Part shown: piece after piece, positions 52,407 to 64,000 of the stretch
Numbering within the stretch: the first letter of the stretch is position 1
How the letters are laid out: every line of letters starts with the position of its first letter
Source of the DNA: Botryllus schlosseri
Lineage: Eukaryota
Assembly: GCA_051294905.1 (NCBI GenBank)
Contig: CM119373.1
Span: 33,046,001-33,110,000 of the forward strand
Reading direction: 5' to 3'
Length of the DNA: 64,000 nucleotides
Made by a program: the position numbers and the translations under genes
Notes under the pieces: model-generated
Databases searched by the model: none
Told to the model about the DNA's origin: nothing
The model's input: the letters and a program-made list of their open reading frames with translations, nothing else

Positions 52407-52770
52407 AAATTTCAGTATACTTCAGTACAGGCCCTACAGCCGCTACAGGGGTATCAAACTCAAATTGCGGATGCAAACCTTCCAAATGCTCGCGGGACGC
52501 ACCGTTTGCTTTGCACTTGAATACTGTATTATCAGGCATATAGTAATAATTGTATATTACAATTGTATCGCGAGTGATTGGGGTTTTATTCTAGCAAGCA
52601 GCAACACCTTTATTCACAAACAATGGAAATGATGATGATGCGTGGCCGGTTGAATACACTTATAGACCGCTGGTAAAACAGTAGCGGTAACAACGATATA
52701 AGTTCACTTATTTCTATGCTCCCTCTGCTTTAGTCGTAATCTGGCGTTAGCCCTGTGTATGCTTTGGTGG

Positions 52771-53887
52771 CAGTCCTGGACAACTAGATAATTTATATAA
52801 CTGTATTTGTCTAATTTCACTAAATTAGAGCGAAATGCAAGTAATCTAATTCTATTCTAATTAGTGAAATGTTTCTATTCTCTAATTCTAATTCGAATCT
52901 AATTTATTGTTTTCCTGAAAATACCTCGTTATCCGCGACATTTTGCAGCGAGAATATCCCTCTCGCGCATGGAAATCCAGTGCCAAACCGCCATCGCAGT
53001 AGGTACGCCGTACAATCATGCAATCATAGTAGTTATCGTGACGAATAATAGACTTGCGTTAGTACAACATCGAAGAGCTTTCAGTTGGTGCAGAATAGTG
53101 ATGTTGATGCTTTTCTTGGCGTTCTTCCAAAATAACAAATCAGCTCGCCGGCCGCATGTAGCCCCGCGTCTTGTGGACGACTAGTGAGTGCAAAACGAGC
53201 CAAGATTGGTGTACATACGTTATACCCGTTCTCGTCCTTATGAGAACGCAATGTGATTTGATATGATCTGAACTTCGTTCTTGCTCTATATTTTTCTCAT
53301 TCACAATTTCTATCAAATTCCAAGTTTTTGCGAATTCAGCAATTCTAATTCTGATATAATTTGGAAAAAGCTGTGTAGATCTAATTCTAATTCTAATCTA
53401 ATTTTGAAAATGCTGTGTAGTTCTTATTCTAATTCTAATCTAATTTGGAAAAAGCTGCGTTGCTCTAATTCCAATGGTATTTTTTAAAAGCTGCTTAGCT
53501 CTAATTCTAATGTAATTTTTTTAAAGCTGCGTTGCTCTAATGCCAATGTAATTTTTTAAAAGCTGCTTAGCTCTAATTCAAATTCGAATCTAATTTGGAA
53601 AAAGCTGTGTAGCTCTAATTCTAATTTTAATCTAATTTGGAAAAGCTGTGTGGCTCCAATTCTAATTCTAATCTAATTTTGAAAATGCTGTGAAGCTATA
53701 ATTCTGATTCTAATCTAATTTTGAAAAAGCTGCGTTGCTCTTATTTTAATTCTAATCTAATTTTGAAAAAGCTGCATAGCTTTAATTCTAATTCTAATCC
53801 AAATTTGAAAAGCTGCGTAGCTCTAATTCTAATTCTAATTCTAATCTAATTTGGAAAAGCTGAAAATTTTCTAGTTGTCCAAGTCTC
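52771..53887. mobile_element. TIR element containing a (TAATTC)-based minisatellite (about 53340-53870)
   Basis: Imperfect TIR C(C/T)TGGACAACTAGA(T/A)AATT. Tandem AAAAGCTG...CTCTAATTCTAAT...TAATTTGG units of roughly 40-50 bp. No TSD confirmed. Confidence 0.7.
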
Positions 53888-54356
53888 GTTGTGAGATGTG
53901 TCCACTACAAGATAATCAACTGCAAACGCAGACTTTGGAAATTGTTGTATTCTTATTAAATCACGGTTCAGGTTTCTCTAGATTACGGGAACTTTTTCAG
54001 TCGGAAATAATAGAGCAGCGCGACCATGCACTGATATTTAAATTGTATTTTTGAGTAAATAATGTATCCATGTAAACTGCATATAGTGGTCCAACATTAA
54101 CGTTTTCACTACTGTGAATAACTACTTTTCGGTACAGTTTTCCATAAAACTCAACTCAGTGTGCACTTTTTGCCTTTTCGAAACTGCATTGGTGCTAATG
54201 TCCCTGATTTGTTCCTATAAAAGTAACAAGTGTGAAACCACAACACCGTAGTCGGGTGATTATAACGTGGACTATAGGAACATATTCGACATTTGCTGTC
54301 TTGTGGGAATATTTAACGGAAGTAATAAATCAACATTTGTGACAAATGTGCTAGAC

Positions 54357-55078
54357 CGGAGGTCTCAAACACGCGGCCCGCGGGCCGCATGCGGCCCGAG
54401 AGACCATTTTGTGCGGCCCGCGACGACATTTTGGATTTCAAAGTGTTCGACAATATTTAATCGCCATTGTTTTTTCCAATTTTAGAACTTAAAATTCGCT
54501 CTAAAACTACTCCAGAAGCCAGAAGCTACTCGTCAAACTTCCCTATTACATCACTTTCTAAAGTTACATCGCAGTAGAAGATTACCTATCACCTGACATT
54601 ACTTCTTATGATGGTTAAACATGACCCGTTGAAGATTCGTACTGAAAATTGTTATTTGTACTTGGGCGCTACCTTATACAAGCAGAGAAGGACTTTTGTG
54701 ACACGGAACGCCAATAACTTGGTACAAACACGGACGCAACAAACTACCAAACTGGTATGGAAACGCGACAGCTTTTACGATGTCCTGATGCCTTTCTTCT
54801 TTCACGTGGTGTCTACAACTAATTATTTTGACAAACTATGCCAAGTACAGCAATCATTTTCTCAAATATCTAAAAATGTTATTTGTTTCGTGTCAGGCGT
54901 GAATTCACAATACTAAATCACATTTTTACGATGCGTGTGGAATGTCAGTCTGCAAGGTCACGTCAAATACGGCATACTCTGAAATACATTGATTTCCCCT
55001 ATTACTAGTGCTGCGGCCCGCGGCGCCATCAAAAAGTAGTAAATTGGCCCGCGAGCACATTTGAGTTTGAGACCTCTG
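54357..55078. mobile_element. hAT Charlie-like MITE, 722 bp
   Basis: TIR C(G/A)GAGGTCTCAAAC. Perfect TSD TGCTAGAC at 54349-54356 and 55079-55086. GCGGCCCG motifs. Confidence 0.92.
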
Positions 55079-55990
55079 TGCTAGACAATATAAGCATTTT
55101 CCAATCTACGCCGAATGGCTTCGCGGGCCAGATGAAATAGCCTAGCGCGCCCATGCCCCAGTACTTATAAATTCATATAGTAGACTAATATAAGTATTGT
55201 TGATCAGAGAGCAGATATATGATCCATTTCCTCATTAAATACAAGTCGAAATATGTTATGTTGACTCAAATTAATTGAAAAGTCGCACGAAAACGGTACC
55301 GCTCTTCAAAATTTTAGCTGAAAAATTGTAACGTCGCTTATAAAACGCTGCGTATATTATTTGACTTACCGGTAATTCAAATCAGTAATAGCTACAGTTA
55401 CTGTAGTCAAATTTTGGGCTATCGAAATAACAGTATTTACGGTCGGTAATTGTATCATTTTTTAACGAATTTCTCGCCACCAATACTATGTTTCTATAAC
55501 CAACCAAATAACGGCGCTTCTACGAGTTGTAATTAAGGCAAAGTAATCATTCAGCGATTTTCTTTGACAAGCCAATGTGGCAGCCAATTTTTTATCATTA
55601 TTTTTTCAAACAAACAACTCTTGAATACTTACCAAACCTTTCGTTTCGAACTTCACTGGAAGTATAGCTGTGAGGCGGAGATAATGAGGTTTGATTAGCA
55701 ATAATGTCGATTAGCGCGTTCGTCAGGATTTATCAACCCAGGATTGAGAAAACCGGTTGATCGCAGCGCATGAAGTTGATGTTAATCTCGTGATTTAACA
55801 AACCGGAACAAAGTATAGATTACTAGTTATCTATCGAAACTGCGTTCAATGCGTACCATTCCTACGCCCAATTATTTCCGATAATGACCGTATCGATTGT
55901 CTACTAGGTAATGGCTTCACTAAACAATCAACGAATTATGTAGGCCTATCCGCCATTGCATAGCGATTAAGCGATATCCTTTTTTGTTAG

Positions 55991-56165
55991 CTGTACCGTA
56001 CGAATTGGACACGACTTTCATTTCGCGATGATGATAATATTACCTATTACAGTGGCGGTATCGTTATCAGCAGGCTGCTGTTTCATTATAGAGAATGTTG
56101 TAGTCTCTACAGTTTCATTCAAAAAAATGACAAATAACAGCCTGCAACGCGTTTTCGCATTATGA
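55991..56165 (+). pseudogene. Probable degenerate Sema exon
   Basis: Acceptor TTTTTGTTAG|. CTVRIGHDFHF ... SAGCCFIIENVVVSTVSFKK resembles the CS.PG...HF and SAVC.Y...F motifs, with shortened spacing. Confidence 0.45.
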
Positions 56166-56546
56166 TGCAACAGATACCGCCACTTAATTTAAAACTCGGG
56201 ACACCTGGACCAACCATTGCGCGTAACCTTATCCACCTTTATGCGTCACGATTAGCAGTATTTAATCACACGATTAGCATTCTTGCGGATCAGCTAACTT
56301 TATTATCTCCGTCTAAAATGGGTCCCGATTAACAGTTTTTAATCACATGATTAGCATTCTCCCGGATTAGTTAACTTTATTATCTCCACCATGGTGCGTC
56401 TTGTAGATTGCTGCCTCATCATGTAAATTAAAGCGATATTTACAGTGTTGCTTCTAATTCTAGCTACTTGAGTAACAACGCCGACTTCTTTGAACATCTT
56501 CTATTCCTAACATCAACTGAAGGACGAAATTATTCTCTTGTCCCAG

Positions 56547-56746
56547 GACATGACAAGCACGTTTGTCTGCCGAGATCATTTCTTCAAGTGCCGCTGTGCA
56601 TGTTACGACCAATATGACACAGTACCTTCGTTACACGTACGGTCGAACGATGGTCCCAGCAATTTCATTTCGATACGAAAATCTTCCGCTGTTATGGAAA
56701 CAAACATTCGACGGGATCAATGTCCATGTCAGCAATCTGATGAATG
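56547..56746 (+). pseudogene. Semaphorin exon: late Sema domain
   Basis: TTCTCTTGTCCCAG| ... AATG|GTAAAT. T*QARLSAEII...MTQYLRYTYGRTMVPAISFRYENLPLLWKQTFDGINVHVSNLMN(G), with TGA at 56551-56553. Resembles the HPLM..V.P...P...I.V....DG region. Confidence 0.55.
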
Positions 56747-58129
56747 GTAAATTTATGGAAGATGTGGCATTATTTAGCGCTGATGACGTAGGTCGCAGCC
56801 AACCACGGAGAAGATATATGCGGTCTCTGAGGAATTAGCAATTGACGCGGGACCTGGAAAGGTCCCGAAACCTACCATAACTCAAGTATATGTTTGTTAC
56901 TAGGTATATAGTTATATTGCGCATTAATTGCGCATTATTAAAGGGTTGGTAATGTGCTGGTCATAGTTTTCAGGAATCCATAAGTTGTCAGTAACGAAGC
57001 ACTGTAGGTTTTAGCTACTTATAATGCTTATTTAAAATATAATATTAATAGACTACTTTTACTGCTACGCAACGCAGTTCTCAGTTTTTGGGCAAAACTA
57101 GACAAAGATTACTTGCTTTTTTACTTGATTAGAAACAGCTACTTCTACTTGTAATTCAGTAGTAATTTACGACATAAATTATACTTCTACTATAATGGCA
57201 AAACTGACCACTTCTGATAATGTGATATTAGTTTTGTGAATCTTGAAATTCTTGACTTTGCTGAAGCGGGAATCTTTCTTTGCCAAAACTACTTCATCGT
57301 CATTATAATTTTATAACGAAATTTATCAAATCAATATACCACAAGATTGCGATATGATGAAAAGATAGGAGCCTACCGAGACTAAATGGAGTAGTCTTTT
57401 CATCAGACACCCACATTGGCCTACAGCATGTAAATAATAGGCATGCACAATGGATTTATGAAAGGATATCATAAAAGTAAGCGGCAAAAATGAATGCTGC
57501 ACGTGTCGGTAGGCGTGGTCGACATGCCAGATTGTGGTCCGGTAATCTTGCGGGCTGACTTACTTTTTGCCCTTTCGAGTTTTCAAAGTAGAAAGGACTT
57601 TTTAGATATGCTTGCGTCACATTTATGAGTGTTATTGTAGTAACAACTGTTCGGAATAGCCCCGGTATCACGTTAGCTGAATATAATTTCAAAAACTGCG
57701 CTTATTTTTGGTGCCATCGTGCATTTGGGTACTCGCGAAAACGCATCCTGCAATTTATGAAGTGGTCGTCTTCGATTAACTACTTAAAGTATGTGAATAG
57801 TCGACCAACCGTTGAAACTATCTGCTTGAGTAATTTTCCTATCTCCGATTTCTTCTACCACTTGAAGTAGCTTTGACATGCATTTGAAAATGGTATACCG
57901 CTACCGCTACCAACTTGACTAGTTTCACAACCATTGATACCGGATTATTAATTTTGATAGCCTTGCAATTCTTAACTATGCTAAGGTTTACTAATACCTT
58001 GTCTTCAGGTCTGTGTTAATGATATCGACGGAATAGCTTCGAGTTGTACATGAAAAGAAAATGAATTTCACTGAGTTTTTATACGTATTGATCAATACAA
58101 TCTTTTCATATTACCTATAATTGCATAAT

Positions 58130-58640
58130 GGCACATAAAATCGAAACCCTTGGGGTCCGCGGACTAGTTTTAAGTGGTCCATAATATGTGAATGAAATTC
58201 GCTGTGTTTGTATTTACAAGTCAATAAAATATTGTCACGGTATCAATTATAATATGACAATACCACCCAAAACCGAAAATCCCTTGAGGGTCCGCGGACT
58301 AGTTTTATGTGCTCCATGATATGTGAATGAAATTCGCTGTGTTTGTATTTACAAGTCAATAAAATATTGTCACGGTATCAATTATAATATGACAATACCA
58401 CCCAAAACCGAAAATCCCTTGAGGGTCCGCGGACTAGTTTTACGTGGTCCATGAAATGCCAATAGAAAAACGTAGTTTTTATATTTCAATGTCTCTAAAG
58501 TTTTGCTATATCGATAATAGCGTAAACCACATAGAATCGACACCACTTGGTGGTTCGCGGACTATTTTAAGTGGTCCATGATATGTAAATGAAAATCAAA
58601 ATGTTTTTTTAATTATTTACAAGTCAATAAATTTGTATCA
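58130..58640. repeat. 135-bp minisatellite, about 3.5-4 copies
   Basis: GGTCCGCGGACTAGTTT recurs near 58155, 58290 and 58425 (period 135), with a degenerate copy near 58553. Confidence 0.92.
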
Positions 58641-59135
58641 CATTATCGATAATAGCATAATACCACCTAGTATCGGAATTATTGCCGATGATTTCCCAAT
58701 ATTTCATTTTAATACATTATCCTGTTCTGTTGTTAGGTACGCCTATTATGTCACTTACGACCTTGCTGGTTTTATTTTACGTCTTTACATTGTAAAATCA
58801 TGTCATCTGCAGGTAGGGTCGGTGTTGACTAGGCTTAGCCTTAACTAGTGTAGCCTCTCAAGTCTCAAGTGGTTTTGATTGTTGACTACTTCCACTTCTG
58901 CTTGACAATTTATATTCTCTGAGGCATCATTAAACCTTATAATACTTAACGTACTTGAAAATCGTTACCTCTCCTTGAATCTGAATACTTACGATGGCTA
59001 TTTCGACCAACACCGATCATATGTGAATGCGATACCGACAATGCATTTCAAATAAATAATCATGTCAGGAATTGAAATCTACATTTATCTTTTTCATTTT
59101 AAATTCTTCAAATTTTTTATTATGTTATTTTTTAG

Positions 59136-59773
59136 CAATGCCTCTCCATCCGCAATCACAACGACTAGGGCTGGGCAAAATCGAGTGCCTGAATGATTCG
59201 ATTCTGAACCACATATTACGCTTCGAGTCGAGTCGAGTATTCGAGTATTACTCATAATGACGTCACAGCATATTGTACTGTGTCAAAGTTCCAATATGTA
59301 CCTTTTATGCCACCACAAAGAATATAATGCCTGTTTTCCGTCACATCAAAAATACTTGGATATTTTTTCGATCATACCAATTCCATTGCACTTCTTGACA
59401 ATTTTGTGGGATGATCATGACTTCGGGAATGTGTTATTTCCAGTAACGTTCGTAGCTTTGTACTATGTCTCGTATGGTGCGACACGGCCAATCAAGGTTT
59501 CAAGGCTTCCTCGAAGGAAAATAGTAACAAAACGATAATCCGCGTTAGCAATTAACTTTCATTGGAGCCGAGCGTATAATTTCAGTACTCGAAAAAAACC
59601 GTCTTTTATTACTCGACTCGAATCATTAAAATTAAATCTCGAATCAGATTCGAGTACTCGAATCATTGTGCCCAGCCCTAACAACGACCTAACTATCGAA
59701 CAGGACGTGCATCACGGTAATGTGTCAACGAAATGTGACCCCTCATGCCGGAATAATGCTACCATCATATCAG
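59136..59773 (+). pseudogene. Semaphorin PSI-end exon interrupted by a MITE (59136-59165 plus 59689-59773)
   Basis: Acceptor TTATTTTTTAG|. Removing the MITE and one TSD restores the open frame QCLSIRNHNDLTIEQDVHHGNVSTKCDPSCRNNATIIS(G), donor CAG|GTCACT. Confidence 0.7.
59166..59680. mobile_element. hAT MITE with CTCGA/TCGAG arrays, 515 bp
   Basis: TIR TAGGGCTGGGCA. Perfect TSD ACAACGAC at 59158-59165 and 59681-59688. Related sequence near 45730-45990. Confidence 0.92.
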
Positions 59774-59835
59774 GTCACTAATGATGTCAGTACCTGCATG
59801 CGCACTCTTTGTCATTTGACAGTATGCATTTACAG

Positions 59836-61517
59836 TGTCTGAAAATCTGTGGTTTTGGGTCGCATTGTGTGGAACCCCGCTGTTACTGCGTTGTGGTGTG
59901 GATATGAATCGTCTTCGAAAATACGCGTCGCAGGTTTGCTGCTGAAAGCTACGGCATTGAACTATCTACGCCTTAATTTAAATGTGGTTGGAATAAAACA
60001 TAGCTGTTCGTCATCTTTGGCGATGATATTTTTCGATAACTGCGAATATGGTGTAATGATCGAATTGGGCAATTTGATGACAGCATCTGGAGTTCTGTGC
60101 AAGTGGTCAAAATAGTTGTTGAGAGTGATCAAGTAGTATTAGCAATATCGTATATTTTCTCAGGTACAAGTAGAATAGGGAATTTGCAATATAATCGTCT
60201 CCACCTAATTCGGAAAATCTGTTTCTGCTCACTTTCGGCCTAATTAAACGGGGAAGTGGGGGGAAATTAATTTTTCGCTGTGCGTGAAGGAACGCAATGC
60301 ATCCAAATTACAGTAGTGCTGCGCAATAAATTAGTTGCAGCGCGCCATATTGCCGTAATTAGCACAGATTGCATAAAACGCACATCAGTCACATCTTCAG
60401 GTTAGTTGTATTGCACAGTATTTTCGAAATCAAACCATTCAACAAATACTGTATACGGTATTGCTGTGTAGGCTAACACATGCATATAGCGTTCAAATAG
60501 TAAGTGATATCTCCACCAACGCAACTAACCGCCTAACTCTCAAGGTGGCGTCTATGCTTTGTTACGTTTACCTTAGTCTGCAATTACACTTTTTCTGCTA
60601 AACTTTTCTGTACCAATCTGTTATACAAAATGCACGTAACTGTAGCCAATTAAAAGCGACTATGAAGCGGATACGACCTTGTATGAGTTGATTGTGTAGA
60701 TTGTTACTGCATGGATCGTCATTGTTTCACGATAATCACTCAATTTGTATTGAAACAAACGAAGTACTGTTTATTGTGTCATTGCCTAAGTATAGGAGTT
60801 GCGAACCTGTGTCCGAATTAATGGGGGAATTATCCGAATTAACTGGACTTATTCATGTGCAATTTTCAATATCGTTCCGTCCACAGACATGGCAGTTGAA
60901 AGTACTCCAGAGAGCAGTTTCAAAGAGTAGATTTAGTGGAGGTGTCGCTTAGTAGTTTTTTGAGTTATTGTGCGGTGGCTGTTTGAGAATTGAAAAATGG
61001 TATCTTCGCGACTACCGCAAACTGAGGAATTACATCACAAATAGCTGGAATCAACGAAAATATCTTCATTTACTGTGATACAGATAGCTGATTCACGCGG
61101 CTCGTATGGGAGTTTCACTCTCAAAAGCACTTACCGCAGTTCTTACGAAGATTTTACTCGCGAAAATGATGCTACCTTATCCAAAAACTACTTTCTGTTA
61201 ATTTTAAAATCATAATAGCAAAACCTTAGTAGTTTCGCCTTATAACTGATTCAAGTAGAAATGAAAGTAGTCTAAAAATTAGCATGGCAGTATTTAAGGC
61301 AAGCAGCCAAAACCCGCTTCATATACTGACCACCTTTTCTTCTATGCTTGAATACAGACATAAATTATTTCCAGCAGATTCAGCGAACCAGTACAGAATC
61401 AACAACGACGGACAGCTGCAAATCATGAACTTCGACCAGACCCCTGACTCTCATGTCTACGAATGCTAATACTAGGTCAAGCCCGCCGAAAGAATGACAC
61501 CGCTTCGATCACAAATG
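59836..61517 (+). pseudogene. Semaphorin Ig domain split over three exons (59836-59933, 60887-60941, 61375-61517)
   Basis: Phases chain 1-0-1. (V)SENLWFWVALCGTPLLLRCGVDMNRLRKYASQ | TWQLKVLQRAVSKSRFSG | (A)DSANQYRINNDGQLQIMNFDQTPDSHVYEC*. Cys-Trp gap is 14 aa. TAA 61467-61469 plus an apparent 1-nt frameshift. The middle donor is weak. Confidence 0.6.
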
Positions 61518-62225
61518 GTAATATATTGTGACAAATGTGCAACCAGGGATAAGCAACTGTGCATGGATTTAAATTTAAAGTTTTCGTAACCGTGATTTAT
61601 CTTCGGACGTACACTTAGGGCAGAGATCATGAAGTAAGTGGCGCATAAAGTCGGATGACATTGCGCGCGAGGATTACCGTGTCGCTAAACTTCCAATCCG
61701 GCGATGTAGGTTGTCACGGTTAACAGTTTTCAATCAGACGATTAGCATCCTCCAGCTTAGGCTAACTTTGGGATATCTGACCTTAGGCACGCAAAAATTT
61801 CAAATAGCTTTGCCTATGGTTTTCGTGTCTATTTTCAGAACAATTTCAGTCAGTACATGATGTGAAGATTGGGATGACATGAAACACACTGCATTCAGGA
61901 TTTGGACTGTATGAGTTAACAATAAATCCACGGAATGATGTTTATACTTATTTACGTCACAGTTTAGCTCCTAATTCTAAATTCATTTTGTATCGCGCCC
62001 AAATCGAGTTCGTTCGGTGGACGAATAAAAATTGAAAAAGCTTATCTGGTTTACTTGCTTAATCCAGTTTATAAAATATTTTAAATTCGCATCCGTTCAG
62101 GCCATTATAGACAAGCGAGCGACCCAATATGTGCCATATAAAAAATATTGCTAATTCAAGTCTTTGCTCATCGCTAATTTGTGTGTTTATGTTGTCCTGG
62201 TATGCAACTGAATATGCTTTTCCAG

Positions 62226-62300
62226 ACTATCGAGTTCGTAGTCATTCGGTAACCTGGTTCATGGGTTATCAGGATCATTCTGCAAATACACCCCTCCCAG
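62226..62300 (+). CDS. 75-nt phase 1-1 exon (semaphorin stalk?)
   Basis: GCTTTTCCAG| ... CCAG|GTATAC. Open: DYRVRSHSVTWFMGYQDHSANTPLP. Confidence 0.6.
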
Positions 62301-63150
62301 GTATACCACAAATCATCACCATTTGGTCTTTATCAATATAATATTTTACAACAATTTTTTACTTAATACTAAGGTGGAGCAGGGAATAAACAAGTACCAT
62401 ACTCCTTTGGATACCTGTCTAACGATGTCATAAAACGAAATAAATAGCCGAGACCATAAAATACGAGTACCTTTCATGTGGTCGCAAATAAAATAAAGCC
62501 AGGTCCCTTTCATCAAAAATATAAAATTCGTTACACTAACTCTGCCATAAGTCTTTGCGACAATGCTGTGCATTCATTGCTATACTTCTTTAAAATGTTT
62601 TATCCATGAACAGAGAAGCACTTCTACTTTTTCGGAGCACTCATCTATCTATTGCTGCTACTAGTTTTGCACTACTTACCCAAGTTATTATGTTTTTAGA
62701 TGCTTCCAGGTCTACCTTACAGTTTTCAGTTTGTTAGACTGGACCATGCCCGAAAAAATTACTTTTTAGTCACTTGCAAACTGCTATTTCTACTTGCACT
62801 GGAATAGAAAGGTGCGAATTCACGTACTATACTAGACCCGGAATGCTTTCTTCTTTACTTATTCAGAAATAGCTAACTTTACTTGTACGTGAATAAACAT
62901 TTACGACTTTACCTCACAGTTGTAAATTTTTAGTCTAAACTAGACTTATAATAATCACATTTCAACTCACTTGGAAATTTCTACTACTAGTTATACTTGA
63001 ATAAATACTTGTCGACTACTCTACTTCCACCTAAGTATCAACGATGACTAATTTGACCGCCTCCACCAGAGGCCTTTCAGGGAATTCCATACTTAATAAT
63101 ATATTATTGAAGTCCATTGGACATTATGTTGTACTTTTTACTTTTTACAG

Positions 63151-63225
63151 ACTACACGACAAGCAATCATACGTTGAAAGCCGACAGTGTCGCATCAGAA
63201 CCTAACGAGCAGAGTACAATGTCAG
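63151..63225 (+). CDS. 75-nt phase 1-1 exon (semaphorin stalk?)
   Basis: CTTTTTACTTTTTACAG| ... TCAG|GTGCGA. Open: DYTTSNHTLKADSVASEPNEQSTMS. Confidence 0.65.
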
Positions 63226-64000
63226 GTGCGATTGTAATAACACACATGGCGCATGATGTATTTGAAGTGGCAAGTAGGGTTATGAAACATTAGACGTCTG
63301 CGGTATCAATTGGTGGGAGATAGTCAGTAAACTTCTACCTGTTCGGGGTATACGTTACTAGGTTTGACTGTTCGTAGTACTTTCTCAAGTGCATACTACT
63401 TATGTGTCTGAGAATTTCTACTTCTATCTGAACAGTTATTTTGGCAAAACTATACTTAATCTTCACGATTTTGATTTAGAAAAGTTGATCGCTTTTATTG
63501 AGTGTGCTTGTAACAACTACGTGAAATAGCCCCTGTATTACGGTAACTGAATGCATATTCGAAGGATGCACCTACATTTCTGGTGAATAGTCATAGTCAT
63601 GTTGTGTTAGTCGCAAATATGCGTGTTCCGCTATCAAAGGTATCCGCATCCCATTAATTATTAGAGGCCACCGTTTGACCTAGCTCTAATTTTTGAAACC
63701 ACCAACTCGATTATGTTTCGGAACTTCATTTTCCATTTCCACTAAAAATTGTTCTTACATATTATAGGAGAATCCTGTTATCATCCAACCATGAAATGTG
63801 TATATCTCGTAACCGAGAGACATCCTGTTGGAGTATATGGGATCTGACAACCTCCGAACCTAAATGAACCTACCAACCGCAAGCAGATCTGATTCGATCT
63901 GGCTTTCATTCGATCAGAGGCAACCGCTGTCAAGCTGTGGCAGAGTGTTGCAATTTATACAGCTGTGATACAGATGTGATACACCTGCTTGCGGGACTAT

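Larger units (their letters stand above)
45251..63225 (+). pseudogene. Divergent semaphorin (signal peptide-Sema-PSI-Ig-stalk), apparently pseudogenised; may continue past the window end
   Basis: Exons with splice signals carry Sema motifs in the expected order: FRTLIV...TLLIGAEEIVF; (W>stop)PAS..C...C.NV..V...ICGSNS..P; SAGCCF; M.P....PLL; C...QDV..G....C; then Ig Cys-Trp-Cys with DSHVYEC. Contains in-frame stops, frameshifts and an exonic MITE. Confidence 0.75.

Noticed and set aside
57600-57870. Degenerate Sema blade (HLGTRE/RILQF...VETICL...PI)
   Set aside because: Plausible part of the semaphorin, but it needs frameshifts and has no clear exon boundaries, so it is not listed separately.
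53340-58640. Regularly spaced repeats as a CRISPR array
   Set aside because: Eukaryotic context; the units are tandem minisatellites without unique spacers, and there are no cas genes.
63768-63846. Candidate next semaphorin exon (GESCYHPTMKCV...GI-stop)
   Set aside because: The acceptor and phase fit, but there is no motif support and the window edge prevents evaluation.

Overview
AT-rich eukaryotic (animal) genomic DNA, densely filled with transposons. The organism is probably a marine invertebrate, plausibly an ascidian, but that is inference only. Two multi-exon genes could be rebuilt by hand from splice signals; the ORF track misses most of their exons. (1) On the minus strand is an NLR-like NACHT NTPase gene: ATG at 34348, exons at about 34.3, 27.0, 24.6, 23.2, 19.5-18.3 and 11.7 kb, LRR exons not found. 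Its second coding exon is a phase 1-1 module with a RHIM-like motif. An intronic hydrophobic ORF could splice in frame onto the NACHT exon as an alternative N-terminus. (2) On the plus strand is a divergent, apparently pseudogenised semaphorin (signal peptide-Sema-PSI-Ig, 45251 to at least 63225) with several in-frame stops and a hAT MITE inside a coding exon. A young BEL/Pao LTR element (3965-8670, LTRs about 99% identical, TSD TAGAG) has lost RT/RNase H and the integrase core through two in-frame deletions. It is inserted into a decayed Chapaev-like transposase. Ten hAT-type elements with perfect 8-bp TSDs, a tRNA-derived SINE family and several minisatellites fill the rest. All gene models are manual; no database search was run.
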